A DNA stretch of 64,000 nucleotides, taken from Lytechinus pictus (Eukaryota). A program made the position numbers and the translations under genes. Position 1 is the stretch's first letter; each line of letters opens with the position of its first letter. The stretch is from NCBI RefSeq assembly GCF_037042905.1, contig NC_087245.1, forward strand, positions 10,976,001 through 11,040,000, read 5' to 3'. Under the pieces are notes generated by a model. The model searched no databases. It was not told the DNA's origin and was given only the letters and a program-made list of their open reading frames with translations. Shown in pieces: positions 46,901-64,000 of the stretch.

Positions 46901-49315
46901 AACCAATTGAAACCAGTTACCTCCAATTTGATTCAACTGGTTTTAATAGGGAAATTGGAACAACTGGAACCATGGACCTATTTTATGCTGGAACCAATTG
47001 AAACCAGTTGCCAACTGGTTGCTTAATTAGTTTCAACTGGAACCAATTGAAAACCAATTGCCAACTGGTTCCAGTTGCCCAATTGGTTTTAACTGGAACC
47101 AGTTGGCAACTGGTTTCAATTGGTTCCAGTTGTTCCAATTTCCCTATTGAAACCAGTTGGCCAACTGGTTTCAATTGGTTTTGCTCTAATTGGTTTCAAC
47201 TGGATTTTGGTCCTGGGGCCCTTTCACACGGTAAAAAATTGTAATTTGAATTTTGATTTCAGTGAAAAATAAGGCTCATGACGAATATTTAGCACGTGTG
47301 AAACCAGACCCGAACATGATTAGAATCACGAACGCTAATCACAGTCACAATTACAATAGCAATCATCATTACAATGATGATTCAAGATTCACGTGTGAAA
47401 AGGCCCGTTGATGATTGCAATTCGTCTTTAGAATCATCGGACCTTGCACGCTCACTCGAAATCTGTAATTTGAATTTGAATTCCCAGGCGTAGGCGGTAT
47501 GCGTCCTTGGTGACTTGTCAATCAAAGCACTGCATCGATACGACGAGTGCATGACAATTGTATATCTACCATGTCTACGGAAAAGCTTGAAAGGACACGT
47601 AAGCTCCACCCCAAAAGATCTTTTGGAGGTCAAGCCTTTAACACGTAAAATTTGTACCGTAATTTGAATGAAAATTAACTGGAATTCACCTCCGGAGTAG
47701 AATTTGAATTCGTGATTGTGATTAGCGTTCGTGATTCAAGTTTGGTTTCACACGTGTTAAAATATTAGCCTTATTTTTCACTGGAATCATTCTAATTACA
47801 ATTTTTACCGTGTGAAAGGTGATTAGAGACCTGCACCTAAATGATATTTCTTTTTCCCAATTCAGGTGGAAGTTGAAATTTCCAGAGTACCCCATGGATG
47901 CTTTTGTCACGTGACTCTCAAAGTCATTGGCGGAATTGAGTTTCTTGGACTTTCATTTTCAGACTGCGAGAAACAGGGTGTAGAGGTGAATTCCATTCTT
48001 TACACTTATTATTGTCAAAAATTGATACATATTGGATGTATATAGACCTAAGCACGTGTGTATAGCTAACGTGCATTTTTTCATGAACCGTGGAGGGGAA
48101 AGAACACATTCTCTTTTGACAGAATTCAGCATTGCCATATACCACCACACCCGAAAAGAAATTAATGATACCCCCTGTCTTCGATATCTGTAACCTGATA
48201 AAATTACTTTCACATGTTACAAACCTTGTTTTTAATTGATCACACGTGCAAGTAGTTAACTTTAAATGTTAATTTAAATCTGGTATCCTCAATAATGATT
48301 TAAATAGAATTAGGTAGCACCACAAGTTGATTGTGACGTGTAAAATATATTTGACATGTGGAAACACTAGCTTTTTCTAACTTAATACGAATTTCGTTTG
48401 TTTTGAATATGACATAAGATTTCATCGTACAAACAGAATTCGTTTCCTTTCTTCAAACTTTAAAATAGATAACCGCCATAGATGAAGATGGATTGGTGTT
48501 CAAGAGCCACCAACTCCAGTATTCCTGTCCTGTTGGGGTAAAAGACTCAACTAAGAGGGTCAACTGGGGTCTAGTGGAGATCAACCAAAAACCAGTACCC
48601 CTCGATAGTTCGAAACAACAGGTAGACATGGAAGCCATCTAAATTTGGAATAAAACATGAAAAGTTAAAAGCGCCGTAAAAATAGGACTGTAAGAACGTT
48701 TTGTGACATGGCACGTTAGTATATTCTTCTGGGGTTTGAAGATACGTTTGATAGACATATAAAACATAGATCTATTTTTTGTTGCAGTGTAAAGTTGGAG
48801 AGATGCGGCGTATGTAAAGCGCATAGAGTAGATTGAGTTGACTATGCGCTATTATATTAGCACCGGTTTATTAATATTATTATTATATTATTATTTATTA
48901 CAAACTCCAAATAATCATGGAATCACTGTTCATGTCTCAAGCAACTTCCATAGAATGGATAATGTTGAATATTTAAGTGATTATATTATTCCATATGGCA
49001 TTCAGATCAATTAGGCAAGTGGGAAATTATTTACTTCGATTTAATTTGACTTGTTTGTTTATTTCATTGTAGTTTTCTGGAAGGAAATAGATAGTTATCA
49101 GGGATACATTCCAGCATATATTTGAATCGATTTGATTTTGGGGTCTTTATTTGTGCGCTAAACTCCAATGGTATTTTGTGCCACTATTCCAAACCATTCT
49201 GTATTACATTTCACGTTCCTAGGTTGAGTATCTTCTTCGTAATGCAGGGACCGATCTTGCTCTTGTACTTCTTCCTATGGACCTTATTCTTCATCTACGA
49301 GATTCTGTACTCTGA
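34960..49315 (+). CDS. PH-domain / tandem PDZ-like adaptor protein (~519 aa). Exons 34960-34989, 35439-35680, 36181-36334, 42179-42708, 44647-44754, 45150-45279, 47866-47985, 48469-48621, 49223-49315
   Basis: Nine exons with canonical splice sites and consistent phases (0,2,0,2,2,0,0,0) total 1560 nt with no internal stop. The N-terminus is PH-like (ILMDGIFKKK...SICLQTPDDVIYLTGHSEQEREALFRHL). The C-terminus is PDZ-like (LHVGDVITKVNN...VEVEISRVPHG; FLGLSF...ITAIDEDG...NWGLVEINQKPV). The first exon is the least certain. Confidence 0.75.
36937..38927. mobile_element. Non-autonomous TIR element (MULE-like) interrupted by a LINE
   Basis: TIRs CCCGGG(G)nCAGTCAAATATATTGCTGTACACACGCGTGACC / GGTCACGCGTGTGTACAGCAGTACATTTGACTGCC(C)nAGG, with AGAGAGAG on both flanks. 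Confidence 0.75.
37187..38627 (-). mobile_element. 5'-truncated LINE (L2/CR1 group) with RT ORF 37513-38598
   Basis: Uninterrupted 361-aa frame with GVPQGSVLGPLLFLIYIDD, MYADDT, KCLGVIID, DYCCEIWG and LWNNLP. The 3' UTR ends in an (AAAT)n tail at ~37187-37225. Confidence 0.93.
39437..41474. mobile_element. 2-kb non-autonomous TIR element with 5-bp TSD and periodic GCGAGCGCGAAGCGCGAGC motifs
   Basis: AACTA|CAGGGGCGGATCC...GGATCCGCCTATG|AACTA, with the internal motif recurring at roughly 100-170-bp spacing. Confidence 0.8.
42807..42905. repeat. 30-bp minisatellite, 3 copies
   Basis: CACATACATAAGCACACAGGCACATACCCC repeated three times. Confidence 0.85.
45353..47217. mobile_element. Non-autonomous CACTA/EnSpm-like element containing an AACTGGAA minisatellite
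   Basis: GC|CCCAGGACCAAAATCCA...TGGATTTTGGTCCTGGG|GC, i.e. CCC termini with a 2-bp TSD. Dense subterminal AACTGG/CCAGTT repeats, with the array at ~45480-46410. Confidence 0.8.
47220..47819. mobile_element. Palindromic MITE
   Basis: Long TIRs CCTTTCACACGGTAAAAAATTGTAAT...AATAAGGCT...CACGTGTGAAACCA mirrored at the right end. Confidence 0.8.
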
Positions 49316-49962
49316 AGACACAGCACGATGGGCTACATCCCATATACAATGGCGCAGGTCTTTGAAGACAAATTTTGTTTGCGAACACGATTTCTTGATC
49401 AACCAGAAAGAAGTGGGCAATATTGTTAATTATATGATTGTATTTGCTAGCTTATATCTTAGACTTTTAGGTCTGTAAAATTATGTGATTCTGCATCTGT
49501 AAATTTAAGTTTAATAGTCGAGACATGCGGTCCTTACCAGAATTAGTATGAAAGTATTGGATGAAAAGCTAGATAAAAATAATATGTGACCTGCTACCCC
49601 AAAACAAACAATAAGTCACCCATAATGAATTGATACATTTATTGAGTTTGAAAAAAAATCCAAGCTTTAAAAAGATGTATGACTTGTCAAACTGGATCAA
49701 CGATAACCCAGATATTCAAGTACTAAATTGGATAAACTAATCGAGAACTTCAAAAAAAGAGAAGATAACAACAACAAAAGTTCGGGGTTCAATCAAACTT
49801 GAAATGTGCACACTGTGCAATCTCAGTGAAACGTCCAAGCTGTCCTCAAAACATGTGTCAAAGAAACGGTTGTATCTTGTTTAAGTTGTTTTTCATTAAA
49901 CTTTACAACTTGAAATTAAATAATAATAAATAAAAATTACATTTCTTTAGCGCATAATACAC

Positions 49963-50180
49963 AAGGGCCCGAATTCACAAAGGTCGACTAAAGTTATGAC
50001 CGGGGTATAACTCAGCCGTGGGTTAAATTTAGCACCGGGTGCTAAAGTTAGTCCATGGATTAGTTAGTCCACCGTTTGTGAATAGCGCGGTGGACTAACT
50101 TTATACCCCGGTATTAGTTAACCCCCGACTAAATTTAACCCCGGTATAACTTTAGTCGACCTTTGTGAATTCGGGCCCTT
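49963..50180. mobile_element. Palindromic MITE
   Basis: AAGGGCCCGAATTCACAAAGGTCGACTAAAGTTAT / ATAACTTTAGTCGACCTTTGTGAATTCGGGCCCTT. Confidence 0.85.
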
Positions 50181-50349
50181 GGTCTCTATGCGCTTCACAT
50201 ATACATGATTTAAATATATCAAATTATATGGGCATTGAACAAAAAATATACAATTAATCAATTGTTAAACAAGTATGTTTTAAGTGCAGTCTTAATGGAT
50301 GGTGGGTGCAGTCCGGATGACAAGTGGGAGAGTTCCAGAGGGTTGCAGC

Positions 50350-51041
50350 CCCGGGTGGGGGGGGGGGGGGCACTCAGTATATAATGCATAGTGGGTATGT
50401 GCCGCGGAGGGGACCCCCATTTTTACACTCAAATTTCCGTTCCAAGGCATACCGTTTTTGTCTTATTGAGAAAAAGAACAAAGAAAGCCGCTCCAAAGCA
50501 TAGCATTTTATCTTCTTCATACTTCCGTAATACTTACATTAACATTTCGTCTTTCACATAGCTAAGTCGAACAGCTTTCCAGTTCATAGTCGGTTTACTT
50601 AAGGTGATAGTGTGGCGCCTTTTGAAATGTTGTCTTCGGAACGTTCTGATGGTGGAGGGAAGACGGCAAGGTTGGTAGTTTAATTTGATTAAATATTTTC
50701 CATTACGCCGTTCCGGCCGTATTGATCTGCTACAATGAGCCGCAGTTTTGGTGAAAAGCGGCCGCGCAGCGCTGTCCGACCATCGCATCTGCGCTAGCGC
50801 ACCCGGCGCCCGTAGCGCCGGGCTATAGCTGCATGCACGTATGCCCGTTCCATAGGGATGAATACGCAATCACACGCAGGCGACCCGTTCCAAGGACCCC
50901 CGTTTTCACAAACATTTGTCGTTCCGAAGCCCGTTTCGAGGACCCTCCTTTTTACAATAAGCCCGTTCCAAGGCCCCCGTTTTTTGTCTCGCCCGCGGCA
51001 CATACCCACTAATTTTTTGGTCGAGTGCCCCCCCCCCCGGG
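50350..51041. mobile_element. TIR element (MULE-like) carrying a captured host exon, inserted in an old LINE remnant (~50200-51290)
   Basis: TIRs CCCGGG(G)nCACTC...AGTGGGTATGTGCCGCGG / CCGCGGCACATACCCACT...GAGTG(C)nGGG with an imperfect GGTTGCAGC-type TSD. Internal 50516-50694 is the reverse complement of 44598-44776. Confidence 0.8.
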
Positions 51042-51369
51042 TTGCGCAGCATTGAAGGTGAAGGAGCTATATGACCGTAGTACTGTCTTAAAACGAGGAA
51101 CCTGAAGGAGATGCTTATTCTGTGACCTGAGAGCACGGGAAGGAGTGTAGGTGTTGATGAGTTCAGAAAGATATGAAGGGCTTGAACCAGAAAGAGACTT
51201 GTAAGTGATGAGGAGGATCTTAAAGCGAATCCGCTTGTCAATTGGAGGCCAGTGGAGGTTACGAAAGGAGGGATGAGTTAGAAGTCAGACCAGTAGCTCC
51301 AGTGGCGTACATGTACCTAGGATTTTTCACAGGGGGGGCAAAACCGTCCGCCCAAAAATTTGACAAGCC

Positions 51370-51422
<53 letters not shown>

Positions 51423-54400
51423 TCTTCCAGATCGTCAGGGGGGGGGGGGGGGGCACTAAAGGTCTTCAAGCTCGTCAGGGGGGGGCAATATTTTAAAGTC
51501 AATATTCAATTTTGTATATAGTGTAAATACATTTGTGTTACAGTGTTTATATATAATTTCATAGAATTTTGCTGATTATTTTACTCTACTTATATCATAT
51601 TACCCTTGTATAAAATTTTGATAGGGGGTCTACATTTTACAAGCTTTGCTTTTTAGTAGGCCCCTCCACTTTTTTCAATTCATTGCTACGTTTCAATCCT
51701 GCATGTGTTATGCATTTTTTCAGTGTTAAAATGATTTATTATAAATGTACTTTGATGATTGTGGAATATGAATATATCAATAAATAAATAAAAATAAATA
51801 AAACAAAGAACCTTTTCTGGCGAATTACGATTGGTTTATGGTGGCTGGTCACATAAACTGGAATACCCGTGCAAAAGAATGACAAAATAAGAAGTCTAGA
51901 AAAAGTGTTTTTATCCTTATTGTTTTCGTACGAGGCGTCAACATGATCCCATTATAATTATATGTTCGATGTAAGATACACATTTTAAATTTTGAACATC
52001 AAACAGTTTATATAGAGTTAGCTGATGTCATCATTTTAAATCATGCTTATTCTCTATTCACCCCTATTCATGACTGCTCTTATATGTGAATTCATTTGAG
52101 TTAATAAAGATTTACATTATTTTCGCCGTATTATGCACTGTATACATGGTATGTTTCCCTTGTCCATTTATACGTATATCATTTGAGTTGAATATGAAGG
52201 AATTCGTGCCTTGAAACAGTGTAACCAGTTGCAAATGGTGCGAATGCAGCGTATTTGTATCAATTTAATTGTATTTTGTTTTATGCAACAGGACAGAATC
52301 TAAAAAGACATTTATACTAAGATGAATATTCGGCTTGATCAAAACAAAATAAATTTGTAGTGATTGTGCATTGGCATAAAATGATTATATTGATCGATTA
52401 AGACATCATGATATGTATAATGTACTCTAAAGTGAACCGAATAATTTCGTATTGTTCATTATTTTGCAGTGTGTTCAATGTATAAATAACTTTTGAAGCT
52501 TCTAGAGTATTTTCAAGTGGTGTTCATTGTTTATACACAGAAAATACTCACATTGCGTGAGACGTGCTATAGTTATTGCAATGATTATACAAAATCTGAC
52601 AGAGTATCAGCTTTATCAGACCTAATCTGAACCCTCCATTAATCAAGAAGTAATATCTTCAAGTACTCTGGAGTAGTGAGAAGGTCTAGATAGTTTTAGA
52701 AGGGGTATTCCTTTTGCTTCAATGAGATGACAACTTCAAAATAATTTGGGGTGGATTTATATTAATTCGTGCAAATACTATAACCATGCATAGAAATGTC
52801 CAGATATGAAAAGTGATTGTATTCGATTGTGAATATTAATAATCATCGTAGTTTTAACACTGTACTTGAAATGTGAGGATTCTGAATCGAATGATCTAAT
52901 GGGATATTTTAAAAAATCTGATGCGGAGAGTTAATCCTATGCATTAATGGAACGGAAAAAAGGTTATGACAGAATATCAGCCTAAAATCTTCACATAAAC
53001 ACACCCTCACCCCCACTCTCGCAAACGCACAGCAACACACGCGAATGCGCGCACTCATCATTGATGACCATAAAAAGAATTTAGTCGTTCATCAAATGTG
53101 AACATGAATTGTGGCAGACTAAATTCCTATAGTAGGTATATTTGACTAGACCCCCACTTTTTTCCAAAACCGTGTACAAAAACGTAAAAATGACCATACG
53201 ATTGTGATTTTTTGCATGGTCAGCCCCCCCCCCCCCCACTTTGAAAACCGTTCCGCGGACCCTGACTAGTTGTATGTTTTTTGTGCAGAAAAATATATCA
53301 GGACTGTGCCTCAATTTGAAATACAGAATGTAAGCAAGGCAATGTGAATAATCATCAGTATAAAGAAATTGTTTTATTTAACCCTTTCTCGTATTATATC
53401 ATTTGATATGACATCGTGTTATGTGGTATTCGATTATTTCAATTCTTTAACATTAAGCATTTATGAGTGTGTGCGAGTATGTTTGTGTATAGGAAAGGGA
53501 GAGATGATACATGTAGCAGTGGCGTAATGAGCGAAAAGGGGGAAAAAAGGGGGTTGGGGCAGTCATGGCGTATGGGGAAAACTTAATATAAAGATGCGAA
53601 CGAGAAAAAATCTTGCCCTTTTTAATAAATTGACTTTTGGGATAGATTTGGACATTAACACCTAGATAACGATAATATATAATAATAAATAATTATAATA
53701 TAGAGTATTTCTAAAGCGCCAAATCCACATTGATTATGTGCTCAAGGCGCTGAGAAAAGGAAGAAAAATTAAATGGAGAATACAACCTTTTTCCTTTCCA
53801 TTCCCCTCTCCTTTCTTGGTTGAGAAACCTTTTTTTTTTGGGGGGGAGGGGGAAGGACCTGAAGCCCCCATCCTTACGCCTGTTGATGATAGAGAGAGAG
53901 AGGAGGGGTTAGAGGTAGATGGATACAGATGGGGAGGGGCATTAGTTTCTATAACTGGTTTCTATCTTAAAATACATGTACAGTGTTGAATTAAGAATGA
54001 TCTCTCCGTGACAAATATTTGTTCAGGATTAAAAACACACACTTTATTGAGATGAGGTTCATAGTGAAATACAGACAATTCAACATGTAGAATGATTGTC
54101 ACAACAAACTGACCTTAAACAGACAGTAAAATGTATAAAATGATTACTATTTACAGCCAATAAAGTAGATCATCAAAGAAGCAAACGATGGAGCTTTTTT
54201 TAATCACTTTTTTGGTTTAAGTTTCCTTTCATATTCAATCCTAACATATTAGACAAACTTTGGCCACACTTTACTCTGATGCAAAAACGGCAAAAAGTCA
54301 AGAAATGAATAAATCGCACTTCACATCCTAATCTGGTGAACAACAATGGAAAAAAGTCAAAGGCGTATAATTTAAAGAAAGAAATAGGATGGGGCTAATG

Positions 54401-56207
54401 ATCAAGATGGATTATTGGAGCTATCTACAGCACTCTATTGACTTAGAGCACATGAACGTGCTTCAAGTCATGGAGTGCTTTATACAGGTTTGGAGGTCCG
54501 ATACAGGTATTACTATAATTATGCATGTCCGACAATTTAACCAACCAGAAAGTGAAATCTTCTCCAACTCTCCCTCACCAGAATTGGTGTATAATCACCC
54601 GAGTGGACGGAAAGAAATAGTGAGGCATTGTTGAAAAAAGTTCCCTTCATATTTCACGCATCTAACAGGTAACATTTTAAGAGAAAAAATATACCCTTGT
54701 TAGTTGTACTATTTTCAATGTTTAACCGATATTCTGTATAGCTTTCGTCCAGAAATGTCATACATGATTAATGAAGTAGATTATTTACACAAAATAGGCA
54801 AACTAGATACAAATTTAAGTTTAACACCACATAAAATATCTCTTATCTTTTACACACATCATAAAGCATTCATAGCAATATCAATTTGTTAAAGTAGGAC
54901 CTAAGAAGCAATAGCTTCTAAACTTTTAAGGGTAGCAAATACAGCTACATATATTATATGGAAATGCACACCTGTCAAACTTTTGAAGTATCTGCAACTA
55001 ACAATCAACTGGGCTACATATACCGGGAAATCTTTTCAGGAAGCAACAGTTATACTGAATATAGATTAGATGAAATTGTACACGAATATGACTTCAAAAT
55101 GTAAAATGTCATCACAAAAAAACAAAATCGATGCAAGTATAAAACTTTATAACCATATCGTTATCATTCGACTTGTCCTGTTCACATTCGATTCAAGATG
55201 TTTTTTCGGCAGGTAAAAAAAGTAGGTCAGCATGAAATCTATGATTTTTTTCAATTTACGAGAGAAAAATTAGTCACACACACACACGATTTATTTCCAA
55301 ATGCGTTTCAAAAGGGAACCAATTCAAGATCATTTAATGATGTATATTAGATTTTGTCCTTTTGTTCTGACGTTCTGGTAAGCTTCAGAGTCCTTCCTCA
55401 AAGTCCTCTAAACATTGGAGATTATTCTGAGTAGAAAAAAAAGGTAAAGATTGCATAGTATATTCTAATGCAAGTCAAAAATGATATTTTAATAAATCTA
55501 TCTGTAATGTTTAATGCTCACTTGAATAAATGCAATCGTGTGTATAAGATAATGAATGTTCTAAAAATGTCACATATGAAGTGAATATCACTATGGTAAT
55601 GGAAATGAAATCATAAAGTGTCAATATGACAATGATCACGAGAGAAGTTTTGCAAACGAAATCATGCATTACGTTTGAGAATTTTACAAAAGCTACACGG
55701 CCTTATTATCATTTCACAATTTTCCAGCATTCGGCCAGTACACACACGAATTATTTAATTCGTCAAAAACCATTAAACTACCCCTCTCATCTTGCTCATG
55801 TTCCAAATTATTTTAAAGATTTTCCGTTTCCCATTTGATTGTGGTATATCAATATATTGAATTCAATATTCATAGAAACTTTCTTTCTGGTTTGCAACTA
55901 ACATTGACACAGGAAATAGGTATGTAATAACGAAGGACTCATTTGCTTTTATCAATACTGGCCCTGATTATTCATTCTTTTCAACCACCTTCATCTTCTA
56001 CGAAACTTATTGCTAATATGTTTATGTTCTATTTTGTAAACAACAACTGTGCACTATACTCGTGATATAGGAAAATTATTACCATCGCGTGTTATTACCA
56101 CCAGAGTATTGATATTATTGGTAAGGTTTATTACTGTAAAAAAAATGTAAACGTCTTTTACTCTCTTTGAGTGATATCTGATGTAGAGTAACCATTTTCG
56201 ATTCTTG

Positions 56208-56315
56208 GACATCTAACCCCTGGACATCCACCCCGTGGACATTTACCCCAGGATATCCACCCTCGAGGACAAGTACCCCCTAGGACATGAACTCCGGACA
56301 TTTACCCCAGACATC
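56208..56315. repeat. ~15-bp GGACAT..ACCCC tandem repeat, likely a transposon end
   Basis: About seven degenerate GGACAT(N)ACCCC units. Confidence 0.55.
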
Positions 56316-58016
56316 TTTAAGCACGTTTTCTTATATAGATCAAAATATATGAGCGCGAAGCGCGAGTTTAGATTTTTTTAGATAAAGACCTTAAAACGGG
56401 ACATTCTGATCACTTGTTGCAATCATGAACAAAATTATCTCAAAAAGCATATAATTTTTGTTTTAGGTATGATTTAAATGATGCGGACACGAAGTGCATG
56501 CTGAAATTTGTTGGTAATCAAATCTGAAAACTGAAAAATTTAAGCACTTTTTAAATAACAAAAATCAAATTTTGATACGAGAGTTATAAAGGGAACACTT
56601 TGAGCAGGAACTGTATTTCCCTTAATTCTCTGAATATCGGGTATTGACTTTGCATGCAGAGACGACGCAAAACCTTTGTATTTTCCCTGGTCTCACATCC
56701 GGGCATTTGAGGATGCGAATAAAGAGATACGCTTCAAAAACGCACCAACAATATATAATACATGATATACGTCATAATAAAGACAACGCTGGATCGGGGC
56801 GCTTACAAGTACGTCATACTGGTGAGGTGCATGCAGAGCCTAGACCCTGATATTAACCTGACACAATATAACCCTTTCGGGGAACATCAAATATAATGCT
56901 ATTAAAAGACCTATATTGCCCTCGTCTAAATACTCAGGTCAATATGATTCTTTGCTGGCAATATATTTGCTGTTCCCTTAGGGCCAGTCAATATTACATA
57001 AATATGCGTAAGTAATGTAAATTACAGATTATTTGCATAGATCAGAACAATCCTTTGCAAAATGTCATTCCTGAACCCTAAGACACATTTCTACCTTTTG
57101 TTGTATATAGTCATGTTTATTTGTAAGCCTATTTAATTCAAATTATTCAGAATCATGTGAAAAATTATTTTTTGTTGAAAATGCGCATCATTTATGCAAG
57201 TTTGATCATAAAACATGATTACTGTATCCTTTTTTTAACCATTTATGTTATTCTGCTTTTACAAAACCTTTTTATTAAATTTTACATTTTCATGAAGTAG
57301 CAAAAGGTACAGTATATATTTTACAAGAATGTTTGATAACTACTCATTTTAGAGGCTAATTTACATAATTTATGCTAATAAGTGTTTATTTGTTTTGGAA
57401 AAGACGCTATATAAATCCTATGTATTATTATTCATTATCATTTGCATAGATACAGAGTGTCTCTTTGAATTAAAACATCCCAATGAGTTAAATGGATACC
57501 AATACCAAGAGGTACAATTGTACTAAAAATGCAATGTTTACCCCCTTTTTTGCAGTTAAAAGATCTATTCTTTCTCTCTTTAAAAAAAAATCAATTTTAA
57601 TTAATACAAATTAGTGATCATAATTATACATGTTATATGCATGCGGAACACGCATCGCGAGCATGTAACGCAAAGACCTTAGCGGGTTGGTGTCCTTTTC
57701 ACTGCCCCATAACTTCAGGGTGCAACACTGCAGTTCTTCCTTCCAACCCCTTTCCCTCTTTTTTTTTTCTTTTTTTCTTTCATCGTTCTTTCTTTCTTTT
57801 TCCCTATTTTACCAAATTTTCTTCTTTTTTAAAATTTTTATTCCTTAAGGATATTTTGAGGGGATATATCCTCTTGCCCCGCTTTCGTCACTTATGACTA
57901 GTAATACTGACATAATACATAAACATTTTAAGGACTTTTGGTATGAATTTAAGAGGATACGTGGTTGAATTCTGCTTAATTGCTGCCAACTAAAACTCAA
58001 ACACGGGGAGGGTACC

Positions 58017-63860
<5,844 letters not shown>

Positions 63861-64000
63861 CTGTTGCACAATAAAACGAGGTTTCGATGTCTTATATAGC
63901 TGAAAAAAGACATCATGACTGCCAAAGGTATTGACTACAAACACGTCTTCGTGAAGTGAAGCAAGTTAATTAAGAATGACATTTGACACTTTTACGCTTA

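Noticed and set aside
50534..50869. 111-aa ORF as a real gene
   Set aside because: It is a chance fusion of transposon sequence with the captured exon frame, with no sign of independent gene structure.

Overview
AT-rich, intron-rich, repeat-dense animal genomic DNA. The repeat landscape and gene style suggest an echinoderm, probably a sea urchin (inference). Four spliced genes were rebuilt by hand from GT-AG boundaries and phase matching. (1) The 3' seven coding exons of the mRNA capping enzyme RNGTT (+, 549-6997). (2) A complete 10-exon SelO-family pseudokinase/AMPylase (-, 12813-21230) that ends in Cys (VSCSS) rather than Sec and begins with a signal-peptide-like segment. (3) A 9-exon, ~519-aa adaptor with a PH-like domain, a Tyr-motif region and two PDZ-like domains (+, 34960-49315), mostly invisible in the ORF track. 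(4) The 3' part of a trypsin-like S1A serine protease (-, ~58017-63860, running off the window). The rest is LINE remnants, tRNA-derived SINEs and many non-autonomous TIR elements. Most notable: a 179-bp, apparently identical inverted copy of adaptor exon 5 with both splice sites, captured inside a TIR element just downstream of the same gene (Pack-MULE-like); the probably secreted SelO; and a hammerhead-like motif in a Penelope-like insert.
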